Part shown: in pieces, positions 47,730-56,861 of the stretch
How the letters are laid out: each line of letters begins with the position of its first letter
Position numbering within the stretch: the stretch's first letter is position 1
IMG/VR virus record: IMGVR_UViG_2799112289_000001
Length of the DNA stretch: 64,000 bases
Reading direction: 5' to 3' (one strand)
Source of the DNA: an uncultured virus (IMG/VR IMGVR_UViG_2799112289_000001)
Lineage: Duplodnaviria > Heunggongvirae > Uroviricota > Caudoviricetes
Program-made: the position numbers and the translations under genes
The notes under the pieces: generated by a model
Database searches by the model: none
What the model was told of the DNA's origin: nothing
The model's input: only the letters and a program-made list of their open reading frames with translations

Positions 47730-48161
47730 TGTAGTTGTCAACGCAACGTCTGACTTTGTTGCAACTTTCACGTTACATATCTGGCATTTAACCTAGCCGC
47801 GATATCGCCCCAGAAGGCGGGGCGGAAACCGGTCGCAACATCGGGCAGGGCGGTGAGATAGGGCGGCATTCCCTTCTTTCGCGTTAGGTTGCCCTTTAAC
47901 TAGCTTGATCACCCCGTAGGGCTAGGGTAATTGGAACTGCTCACTCTCCGCTAAGTAGTTTTGAGATAGTGAAAGTGACACAATTTTAGCATGCAATGAG
48001 TTGGTGCATTTTAGATTTTACAATGTCTGTTTGTAATTGATACCGTTCTAAAAATCCATCGACGAGATTGCGGAAGAGAGATCACCGACGCGCGTCGAGT
48101 GCGTCGGACGGCGGTATTGGCTAAGTAATTCGCCGCCGCAGTTTTACTGATTGGAAGAAAC

Positions 48162-50597
48162 ATGAAAAACTATGAGCACCAAGAAACCCTTTTAGTGTCA
48201 ACTCTCATTTTTAGCAATACAGATAACATATCTAATCTACTTCACACGTTGCCAGATCACCTTAGTTCCTTAGCGGCTGACCTTAATCTGGCGATTAAGG
48301 TAAATATTCGAAAGAACAACCCGGCGCTAAATACAGATCAATTGGAAGCGCACCTTAGGCAATGCAATGCGATACACCATCCAATCTCCTTTGAGGTTTT
48401 AGATGATGGGCAAAACAGTGGGTTTGGTCGCGGACACAATCTGAATTTTCTTTCCTCTCCGGCTGACTACATGTTGATTCTTAACGATGACTTGGATTTT
48501 CCAAGTTTGGATTGGATTAACATTGCGATAATGCGCATGCGCTCTCAGGAGGACCTAGCTCTCCTCGGCGACATTTCAAATCCGTCCAGTATAAATCCCA
48601 GCTTCGCAAACGGAACATTTCCGGATGAGCACAGGTCGTATTCGCTTCGTTATGCTGAAGCCTCGATTCTCTTGGTAAAGGGGGCTGCGTTCGAGGCGAT
48701 CGGAATGTTTGATGAATCAATCGCCTGGGCTATGGGCGAGGATTCCGACTTGTCCTTTAAGGCGCAGCAAATGGGCTATGCAATCGATTGGATGCCAATA
48801 CCACATCGTCATTTTCGTTCGACATCTTTCAACTCGCTGCCACCATACCAAAAATCTTCTATCTTGGAACACAACAGAGCAAGGCTATTCGCGAAATGGG
48901 GTGCTTCGTTGGAGAGTGGCTCGATAGGGAAGTTTGAGATATTTGATCTATTTAGCGATGGGCTTGGAGATATGCTCTGCGCGCTTTTGCACGTTCGAGC
49001 AGAATACGAGCGTTTGCCGTCTAGTGTTCACGAAAGCATTATTGTCAATGTTGGGAACGTCGATCTCGGGCGGTTGGTACTCCCTGCCCATGCAAAGATT
49101 ACATCAATGCGCAACATTGATGTTCTCAAGGACACCTTAAAGCCTGACGAAGCTATCAGTGTGCGTTCTATAAGGGGCACAAATTATGCCCTTCCTTTCA
49201 ACATACATCCGCTCCTTGCGGGTTCACTCAGCTTGCCGCTTTGTGATGACGATACCTTGTCGAAGATAGCAGCTTCATTTGCGGAAGGGTTGCCAGAAGT
49301 TCTAGATGGACGGAGCTACGCTGTAGTGCATTTGGAATTTGCAAGAAGTGGGCATCACGGGCGCGGCCCCAGCTTGACAACCATGCAGCGAATAATGTCT
49401 CTGTTGCACGAACTTGACTGCGATATTGTCGTTGTCGGAAAATCTGACGGCGTTCCGATCGAGTACTTTGCTTCCGAAAGCAGACAGGTTTTTGACTTAC
49501 AGGGCAAGCTAGAGCTCTCTAGCTTGATATCGACAATTGCGAATGCGAAGTATTTCGTTGGCATTGACTCATTTCCCTTTCATATCGCGCAAATAGCGAA
49601 CATCAGAAGCTCGGTCTTCTTTGGTTCGGTGAATCCGCTGACGCGATTACTATGTGAGAACACCGTCTGGCCGATCGTCGCTGCGTTGGATTGTATTGGC
49701 TGCTATCACGATCAAATTGAACCGGGAGCGCCTTTCTGCATGCGGATGAACGACCAATGCACCTACGATTTAACGTCGGAGGATATTGCAAATTCTATCC
49801 GGGCAATGAGAGATAACAGTAGATATGATTGGACAGTCCTGAGGAAGTTGCTCGAACGAAAGCAAGCGAAGCTGGTTGAGTATGTTAAATTTCATCCGGC
49901 GCCGACAAAACGACTCTTCTCTTCTTCGCTATCCAATCAAAAGGTCAGCGAACTTATTTATGAGTTCACCGAGCGAGTTGCGTCCTTACATGGTCAGCAT
50001 GCAGAGCATGCACTGGTTTCGCAGCTAAAAGCTGAAAATAAACGCATGCGTACCGAGCTTCTTGATGCAAATACTAGAATGGCTTCCTTTCAGGTAAGAA
50101 ACGCGCGTCCCGCGCGAAGCGGAGAAGGGTTGAAGCTAATCGCTGGCGCTGATGCAATTTTGAAACAGGCTGATTGCTCGCTCCTCCTCGAAGGCGACGA
50201 AATAATATGTAGCTCGAATTCGATAGATCCGAGAATAGAATTCAAGCCTTTTGTTCTGCGAGGGAATCGGTTTGGCGCGTCCATTACCGCAAGTGCATCA
50301 CCACAAACAATTCTTCGCATATACTGGCGGTATGCTTCAGAAGGTTTCGCTGAGGAACGCAGCATAGCATACGATATCGGTGAATTTTCTTCTTCAAGAA
50401 CTTGGTGGTTCAGCGGCGACGCGAGCCGGCCTGTTTACGTGCGCCTCGATCCAACTGATAAAGCTGGTCAGGTCCGTATGAAACTCAATTTTTTTGGTGA
50501 TTTAGACGTTGACGCTACGGTGTCGGCGCAGTTCAACATGCCGAAGGCAAAGCGCAAATTTCGCCTCGGTACTATATTGAGAAGACGTGATGTTTGA
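48162..50597 (+). CDS. GT2 + GT9 (heptosyltransferase-like) fusion with coiled coil and C-terminal module
   Basis: NSGFGRGHN, LILNDD, GMFDE, EDSDL (GT2); DGLGDML, DLQGKL, FVGIDSFPFHIA, CIGC..C..C (GT9). Confidence 0.88.
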   Translation: MKNYEHQETLLVSTLIFSNTDNISNLLHTLPDHLSSLAADLNLAIKVNIRKNNPALNTDQLEAHLRQCNAIHHPISFEVLDDGQNSGFGRGHNLNFLSSPADYMLILNDDLDFPSLDWINIAIMRMRSQEDLALLGDISNPSSINPSFANGTFPDEHRSYSLRYAEASILLVKGAAFEAIGMFDESIAWAMGEDSDLSFKAQQMGYAIDWMPIPHRHFRSTSFNSLPPYQKSSILEHNRARLFAKWGASLESGSIGKFEIFDLFSDGLGDMLCALLHVRAEYERLPSSVHESIIVNVGNVDLGRLVLPAHAKITSMRNIDVLKDTLKPDEAISVRSIRGTNYALPFNIHPLLAGSLSLPLCDDDTLSKIAASFAEGLPEVLDGRSYAVVHLEFARSGHHGRGPSLTTMQRIMSLLHELDCDIVVVGKSDGVPIEYFASESRQVFDLQGKLELSSLISTIANAKYFVGIDSFPFHIAQIANIRSSVFFGSVNPLTRLLCENTVWPIVAALDCIGCYHDQIEPGAPFCMRMNDQCTYDLTSEDIANSIRAMRDNSRYDWTVLRKLLERKQAKLVEYVKFHPAPTKRLFSSSLSNQKVSELIYEFTERVASLHGQHAEHALVSQLKAENKRMRTELLDANTRMASFQVRNARPARSGEGLKLIAGADAILKQADCSLLLEGDEIICSSNSIDPRIEFKPFVLRGNRFGASITASASPQTILRIYWRYASEGFAEERSIAYDIGEFSSSRTWWFSGDASRPVYVRLDPTDKAGQVRMKLNFFGDLDVDATVSAQFNMPKAKRKFRLGTILRRRDV

Positions 50598-52029
50598 TTT
50601 GTCTCTTTTTGACGATCGCAACGTACTAATCGTAGGCGATATAATACTCGACCGTTATTTTACGGGGACTGTAGACAGGATCTCTCCAGAAGCTCCGGTT
50701 CCGGTTCTGCATCAAAAGAGCAGTTTTGATAGGGCCGGTGGGGCAGGTAACGTCGCAGGCAACGTCTCGAGCTTAGGCGGCCGAGCGACGCTCGTCTCTG
50801 TTGTCGGGGAAGACAAAGAAGCGGATGACCTGCGCTCTATTCTGGCAGCTCAGGGAGTAAAATTCCGTGCAGTTGTAGACAAAGAAAGGCCAACAACCTG
50901 TAAGACCCGATTGATGGCCGGAACCCATCAACTGGCACGAGTGGACAATGAAAAAACAGACCAAGTGTCGGTCGATATCGAACGCGAAATCATGGGCTTG
51001 ATCTTGGCTGAGATGCCACATCACGCGATAGTTGTTATCTCTGACTATGGCAAAGGCTTGTTGTCGCCGTCGCTGCTATCACAGTTGATATTAGCGGCAC
51101 GAGAGCTTGGATTGCCAACTATAGTTGATCCGAAGAATAATGATTTCAGGGTCTATAAAGGTGCGAGTCTTATAACACCGAACCAAAAGGAACTATCTTC
51201 GGCTACCGGAATGAGGTGTTTCACCAACGCCGAAGCAGAGTTAGCAATGCAGACAGCAGCAGATCGCACTGGTTCCGCAATTTTACTTACGCGGTCAGAA
51301 CGCGGTATGAGCCTGCTCACCGATCGGGAATATTTGCATATCCCGACACAGGCGATAGATGTTTTTGATGTATCTGGGGCAGGCGATACCGTGGTTGCGA
51401 CCCTCGCTGTTGCCATTGCGGCAGGCTTTTCGCTACCAGAAGCCGCTCGGCTTTCCAATGGCGCGGCTGGGATAGCAGTGTCACGGGTCGGTACCGCCAC
51501 CGTTAGCCAAGACGATCTTCAGGCGAAGTTTTTCTTGCCAGTGCAGTTTCCTAATGAAAATCAAACTCTCGCAACAATAGTGAAAAAACGCGAGTCTTGG
51601 GCGAGCAAGGGATTGAGAGTTGGCTTTACCAACGGGTGCTTTGATCTTGTCCACCCTGGGCACGTGGCGCTCTTGGACTTCGCACGCGAGAACTGTGATA
51701 GGCTTATTGTTGCGATTAATTCTGACGCTTCGGTGCGTCGACTGAAGGGATCATCGCGCCCTGTTCAAAATGAGATGGCACGTCGCAGGGTCCTACTCTC
51801 GCTCCGTAGTGTCAGCGAGGTTGTGATATTCGGCGAAGATACGCCGCTTGAGCTGATCACGCAGTTAATGCCAGATGTGTTGGTAAAAGGTGAAGACTAT
51901 CGCGGAAAGCTTATCGTCGGTGCTGACGTCGTGAGAGCTAATGGAGGAAGGGTTCTGTTAGCGCCTCTTGTGGAAGGGCAGTCAACGACAACTCTCGTGG
52001 CGAGAGCAAGTGGCGGCCGCTTTCAGTGA
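50590..52029 (+). CDS. hldE: Bifunctional heptose 7-phosphate kinase / heptose 1-phosphate adenylyltransferase
   Basis: RISPEAPVPV, SDYGKG, DVSGAGDT; FTNGCFDLVHPGH, NSDASVRRLKG. Confidence 0.96.
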   Translation: MFDLSLFDDRNVLIVGDIILDRYFTGTVDRISPEAPVPVLHQKSSFDRAGGAGNVAGNVSSLGGRATLVSVVGEDKEADDLRSILAAQGVKFRAVVDKERPTTCKTRLMAGTHQLARVDNEKTDQVSVDIEREIMGLILAEMPHHAIVVISDYGKGLLSPSLLSQLILAARELGLPTIVDPKNNDFRVYKGASLITPNQKELSSATGMRCFTNAEAELAMQTAADRTGSAILLTRSERGMSLLTDREYLHIPTQAIDVFDVSGAGDTVVATLAVAIAAGFSLPEAARLSNGAAGIAVSRVGTATVSQDDLQAKFFLPVQFPNENQTLATIVKKRESWASKGLRVGFTNGCFDLVHPGHVALLDFARENCDRLIVAINSDASVRRLKGSSRPVQNEMARRRVLLSLRSVSEVVIFGEDTPLELITQLMPDVLVKGEDYRGKLIVGADVVRANGGRVLLAPLVEGQSTTTLVARASGGRFQ

Positions 52030-52661
52030 CGTTGCGTTCTGTTTCAATCGAAGACAGCGGACTTTGTTATAGGTCCTTCAGGTCGGCCGGAGTGCCGGGG
52101 CGACCGTGTATCTTTTTCGATCGTGACGGCGTGCTGATCGTGGACACCGGGTATGTTGGTGATCCTCAGAATGTCGTTTTGACTGAGAGTTGCAAGATGG
52201 CCACTGCCGCGGTGCACGGGAGCCGGTATGCTTCCGCTCTCGTGACGAATCAATCCGGAATCGGCAGGGGGTATTACGGATGGTCTGATTTTCAGGCCGT
52301 CCAGGACGAGCTCTCGCGTCAGCTCTGCTATGATCCTTTTGATGCTATATACGCCTGTGGATACTATGAGAATGCGAACGTTGCACCTATGGCCGGCCAT
52401 TCTTGGAGAAAACCAAATCCTGGCATGTTGCTAGCTGCTGCAATCGACCTTCAATTGGATATGCGCGATAGCTGGATCATTGGAGACCGCAACACCGATC
52501 TTCTCGCGGGCGCACGTGCTGGCCTCGCAGGCGGCTTCATCGTAGGCTCCTCTCCGGAGCCTGATATTGCAAAGGAATTGGGGTCTTTGTTTCCTCACTT
52601 CAAAGTTAGTCGTGAACTCGACGTATACAGCGCATGCGTGCGCATCATAGAGAGCTATTGA
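52026..52661 (+). CDS. gmhB: D-glycero-D-manno-heptose 1,7-bisphosphate phosphatase
   Basis: FDRDGVL, VTNQSGIGRG, RKPNPGML, IGDRNTD. Confidence 0.92.
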   Translation: MTLRSVSIEDSGLCYRSFRSAGVPGRPCIFFDRDGVLIVDTGYVGDPQNVVLTESCKMATAAVHGSRYASALVTNQSGIGRGYYGWSDFQAVQDELSRQLCYDPFDAIYACGYYENANVAPMAGHSWRKPNPGMLLAAAIDLQLDMRDSWIIGDRNTDLLAGARAGLAGGFIVGSSPEPDIAKELGSLFPHFKVSRELDVYSACVRIIESY

Positions 52662-53863
52662 TGGCGTTCGATGATTTTTTGACGAGCGAGGCGAAAAGGG
52701 CGGAGCGCTGGTTGCTGGAACAGGCGTTTCCGCTTTGGCTCACGAAGGGTGTTGATTGGGAACACGGCGGTTTTTTTGAGGATCTCGACTCAGCAGGCAA
52801 AGCCAATGCCAAAAATAAGCGTATACGCTCGGTCTGCCGGCAAATCTACGTTGCGTGCGTTGCTCATGAGCTGAAGAGTCCATTGGCTTTGGCTAGTATC
52901 GAGCATGGTTTAAGCTTTCTGGAGAGCTTTGCTAGGTCCGCGGATGGTGGATATTATTCCACCTTCGATCCGCATGGAGCCCCGCTGTCTCAGGATATCG
53001 ATACTTACGATCTTTCGTTCGTGTTATTTGCCTTCGCGCACGTTTACAAGCAACTGCGACTGGATAAAGCTCGTCATTCTGCCCTTGAGTTATTAGCTTT
53101 TATTCAGCAGCATTTGGCACATGATAAGGGTGGGTTTCGAGAAGGAATTCCGTCCCGGCACCCAAGGCGCCAGAATCCACACATGCATTTATTTGAGGCC
53201 TGCTTAGAGTGGATTCCATTCGACGAAACAGGGGCCTTTCGGAGACAGGCCTTTTTGCTAAAGGAGCTCTTTAGTAGCCAATTTCATCTGCAGGATGCTG
53301 TCGTCGAACACTTCGACGACAACTGGAATATTCTTCAAAGGGATGGCGACATCGTTGTGGAGCCTGGGCACGTTTTCGAATGGTGCTGGTTGCTATACAG
53401 ATTTGAACGTCACTTTCAAACAAGCTGTCCCGAAATAAGCGGATTGTTACTATTCGGCCGGCAGCATGGCATAGCGACCAATGGTTTGCTGAGCGGCGAA
53501 ATCAACTTGAACGGTCGTCCGATAAAAAGTGAGGTTAGGCTGTGGCCTCATGCAGAATGGGTCCGAGCCGAGGTTGTAGCAAGAAGACAGACGCCTTCTG
53601 ATAGGCTCGTTGACGCATTGACGGCGCTGTGGCGGTTTTTGGATCAAGGCGGACCTGGCCTGTGGGCAGAGCGTTACAACCCAAATACGGGTTTCGATAG
53701 GTCGCCATCGCCCGCTACCTCGCTATACCACATAACAGGAGCGTTCCTCTCGTTGATGGCGTTCTCGGCCGAAACACGCCAAGGGATAGAATGTTTGGAA
53801 AATGCAGCAGGCGCCGGTTGCATTGCAACGCAAATACGCAATGTTTCGGCGCCAAATGTTTGA
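52661..53863 (+). CDS. AGE-family epimerase/isomerase
   Basis: GGFFE, RQIYV, QNPHMHLFEA, EPGHVFEW, LWPHAE, YH motifs. Confidence 0.9.
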   Translation: MAFDDFLTSEAKRAERWLLEQAFPLWLTKGVDWEHGGFFEDLDSAGKANAKNKRIRSVCRQIYVACVAHELKSPLALASIEHGLSFLESFARSADGGYYSTFDPHGAPLSQDIDTYDLSFVLFAFAHVYKQLRLDKARHSALELLAFIQQHLAHDKGGFREGIPSRHPRRQNPHMHLFEACLEWIPFDETGAFRRQAFLLKELFSSQFHLQDAVVEHFDDNWNILQRDGDIVVEPGHVFEWCWLLYRFERHFQTSCPEISGLLLFGRQHGIATNGLLSGEINLNGRPIKSEVRLWPHAEWVRAEVVARRQTPSDRLVDALTALWRFLDQGGPGLWAERYNPNTGFDRSPSPATSLYHITGAFLSLMAFSAETRQGIECLENAAGAGCIATQIRNVSAPNV

Positions 53864-53884
53864 ATGAGGCCGGGGAATAATATT

Positions 53885-54691
53885 ATGAATGTTTCGCCAT
53901 TTGAAAGCAATTTGCCTCGACTTTGTTTCGTTCATGTCCCTAAGACAGCTGGGTCATCATTGAACGAATTTTTTTCGGAAGTGTATGGCGATTTGAAGTT
54001 GCCCGCGATGACAACTTTGGATTACGAGCTCTACTCTCAATCTCGGCTTAAGGGGTACTTGTTTTATTCCGGTCATTGCTATGGGCGCGATTACAGTAGG
54101 TTACCTTCAGACACCCGTATATTTACGGTTCTGAGGCGGCCTGTAGATCGTGTTGTTTCTCTTTATAAGTATTGGGGGTCAATATCCATCGATCACCTCA
54201 TGGACGAGACTGTAATTGAGGCAATGCAGATCGCAAGGAAATCATCGATATACGATTTTATTACTTCGAAGAATGCCTTTATCCGAGAGGCGATTGTATG
54301 TGGTCAAATTCGCCAGTTTCTTCGCCCAAATCTTGAGCAGCAGGTCGAGATGTTATGCAAATCGGAAGGTGGAGAATACGATATAATAACTCAGATATAT
54401 GATACATTTTCTAGGTTCGAGGCAGTAATGACCGTTGAAAGACTTTCGGAGTCATTGCCAACGTTTTTGAAGAAGCTTGGATTGAAAGGTTTTGGGACTT
54501 TTCCCCATGTGAATTCATCGCCTCCGAGAGAGGATATCGACCTGGATCGTGTAAGAGAGCTTCTTTTAGAAGTGTCATTTATAGATTTCGTAATATACGA
54601 TCTCGCGCAATCGCTTGAAGAGCGACTTCTGCGACTGGGGGAACTGGAGCTAGCGGGTACAGAGGGATTGCCTGGCGGTCTGGTCGGTTGA
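53885..54691 (+). CDS. Sulfotransferase family protein
   Basis: FVHVPKTAGSS (5'-PSB) and LRRPVDRVVSLY (3'-PB). Confidence 0.88.
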   Translation: MNVSPFESNLPRLCFVHVPKTAGSSLNEFFSEVYGDLKLPAMTTLDYELYSQSRLKGYLFYSGHCYGRDYSRLPSDTRIFTVLRRPVDRVVSLYKYWGSISIDHLMDETVIEAMQIARKSSIYDFITSKNAFIREAIVCGQIRQFLRPNLEQQVEMLCKSEGGEYDIITQIYDTFSRFEAVMTVERLSESLPTFLKKLGLKGFGTFPHVNSSPPREDIDLDRVRELLLEVSFIDFVIYDLAQSLEERLLRLGELELAGTEGLPGGLVG

Positions 54692-54888
54692 TCGATGTAA
54701 TTGCAAATTAATAACGTGATCGAGTCCCGCGCCGCCGCTCACTTATCAGGCAGGCCCACCCCAGATCGCCGCGCGCTATTTTCTGGTTTCCCTGGGCTGA
54801 GGGTAGTTGTGCCACTGGTATGGGCGCCGTTTCAATACTGACAATCACACAGGGAATATTGTCAGAGAGATTTCCGAAGCCGGAAGCC

Positions 54889-54999
54889 TCAGTTCAGCCA
54901 TCCGAAATACCGACCGATCTCATACCCCACAATGAAGAACGGCGCTGCAAGTAGCAACGCTGCGAATACTAAGCCGCCCACATCCCGCGGATAAATCAT
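54889..54999 (-). CDS. Small membrane peptide (36 aa)
   Basis: ATGA overlap; single hydrophobic helix. Confidence 0.45.
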   Translation of the reverse strand: MIYPRDVGGLVFAALLLAAPFFIVGYEIGRYFGWLN

Positions 55000-55178
55000 A
55001 CCGCACCCCTTAACGTTTCTTTTTGTTCGAAATGCTCCCAGCATTTCCACACCGACGGCTCGCTCTTTGACCGAGCGAAACCAAAGCCTCCCCACTTTTT
55101 GCAGCCCTCATGTTCGCACCAATGCTCGAAATGAATAGGCGCGCGCGGCCGTTCGTCGGTCTTGAGATCTTCGTTCAT
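54996..55178 (-). CDS. Small Cys/His protein
   Basis: HWCEHEGCKKWGGFG..WKCWEH. Confidence 0.65.
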   Translation of the reverse strand: MNEDLKTDERPRAPIHFEHWCEHEGCKKWGGFGFARSKSEPSVWKCWEHFEQKETLRGAV

Positions 55179-55906
55179 TCTTCCATCCCGTTGAGTCGCT
55201 TCAGTGCATCATAATGGTCTTCGAGATCGCGCGCCGCCTGGCGCGCTAGGTCTGCTCCGCCCCGTGAAGGACTGTTCAAAATTCGTGTCATGGTCACGAG
55301 GCAAGACCATTGCCATCGTTCAGATGGCCCCATGCGCTCATCAAGCCATATCCTCCCGAACTTGACGCCTCCATCGAAGGCAACGAAATCCTCGTCATAT
55401 AGTCCGCCGGCGCGGCGCCAGGGGTAGCGTGGTCGAAGATCCCCGTAACGTTTCATGGAAGCACTTGCCTCGTCTCCCCACGTCATCCCGTCCGCCGGTC
55501 GCATGTTGTGAAACCATATGCTTACCCGTGGCGGTCTTTTTGCTACTCCGAACGCAGCCATCAGCGCTTTGGCAACTTTCCCCCCAATCGAATTTCTCAT
55601 CGCCAAAACTGCGTGATGCTCGTACCTTTTGCTCAGTTCAAACGCATCTTCGGGCGAGACGCTGAGAAGCACTTCAGCAACGACTGAGGCAATCTGATCT
55701 GCCTGGACCGAGTGGCCGCCGAGGTTGAATTCGAGCGATAGCAAAAAGTTGGTTGCCATCTCCGAAGACATGCACTGGACGCAAGATAGATTGCGTCGCT
55801 TGCCGACTGCATACCCGGTGAAATCTCGCAATCGCCCGCGGCGCAGGCACGCGAAATAAATCCATACGCTAGTGCGTATTTTCTCTGAGATCGGTTCTCC
55901 AACCAC
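55175..55906 (-). CDS. Hypothetical ORF, probably two genes or a broken gene; 3' part most gene-like
   Basis: PRYPWRR..DF..GRI..WQW C-terminal part; N-terminal frame ambiguous. Confidence 0.4.
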   Translation of the reverse strand: MVGEPISEKIRTSVWIYFACLRRGRLRDFTGYAVGKRRNLSCVQCMSSEMATNFLLSLEFNLGGHSVQADQIASVVAEVLLSVSPEDAFELSKRYEHHAVLAMRNSIGGKVAKALMAAFGVAKRPPRVSIWFHNMRPADGMTWGDEASASMKRYGDLRPRYPWRRAGGLYDEDFVAFDGGVKFGRIWLDERMGPSERWQWSCLVTMTRILNSPSRGGADLARQAARDLEDHYDALKRLNGMEE

Positions 55907-55962
55907 GTGGCGTCTCCAGTTTGTTATTGTTTTTGAAGACGGCCGCCACGCCTATTTCTATT

Positions 55963-56655
55963 TCATTTGATCCGTATCAATGAGCCATCAGGCAGGGGGC
56001 GTCGCAACGCCCGAGCCTCCTCCCACGGTGCAGTCATCCATTGTTCAATCTCTTCCTCGTTCGTGAGGATCACCGGCATTGCCTTCGGATGCACCGCTTT
56101 CACTTCTGCGTTTGGATCGATGGTCAAGAACCCATAGAGATCTACCGACACTTCGCCCTCTTTGGCCTTTCGAACCGATGTCCACTTTTCCGTCCATATC
56201 CCAGCGAACATCAGGAGCGGGACGTCGTCGGAACTCGCGAACCAGGCGTTCGCCTTCGATCCCGTGTCCCATTCGGCAAACTTATTGAAGGGGACGACGC
56301 ACCGGTTTTCGACCCCAAGCCAACGCTTCCAGTGTTTGCTGTCGACATTGCGAACATTCGTAGTTCCCTTGTCCGGCTCCATTCGCAGAAGCTCGTCGAA
56401 TTCTACTTCCTTGCCCTTGGCGCGTTGCTTGTCCGCGCGCACGCCCGCTTTCTCGAAGAGCGCTTGCCGCGATGATGGCATCCCCCAGCGAACCATAGCG
56501 ATTTCGCGGCCGGCCGCCGTGTTTCGCACGATTGGCGCCGGCTGGTCCGGATAGACGTCAAGCGATGGCTGCAGATTGCCAGTGCTGTCTATCATCGCTT
56601 TGGTGAATTGTCGGATCGCTTCTTGATTGGTGGTAACATTGTAAAGATTACACAT
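55963..56655 (-). CDS. SOS response-associated peptidase (SRAP/HMCES family)
   Basis: N-terminal MCNLY, RWGMP, RCVVP, HPKAMPVIL. Confidence 0.93.
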   Translation of the reverse strand: MCNLYNVTTNQEAIRQFTKAMIDSTGNLQPSLDVYPDQPAPIVRNTAAGREIAMVRWGMPSSRQALFEKAGVRADKQRAKGKEVEFDELLRMEPDKGTTNVRNVDSKHWKRWLGVENRCVVPFNKFAEWDTGSKANAWFASSDDVPLLMFAGIWTEKWTSVRKAKEGEVSVDLYGFLTIDPNAEVKAVHPKAMPVILTNEEEIEQWMTAPWEEARALRRPLPDGSLIRIK

Positions 56656-56861
56656 ACTGACCTCTGTCGGCGGCCGCAGCCAAACTTCCCAAACTCCTCA
56701 GGATAGACGATTTCGCGCCTCGGCCGATCACCGAAAGTGGGTGCCTTCTCCCGCTCGGCAAACAAAGCACCTGGTCGCTTTCACCGCAATAGCGCGCGTG
56801 CAGCGTTCTGTAAGTGCCCAATCTCGGTGTGATACACGCAGTGCCCCGAGACCGCGGAAAG

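Noticed and set aside
55633..55906. Programmed frameshift joining two minus-strand frames
   Set aside because: No slippery sequence seen; a decayed gene or sequencing error is more likely
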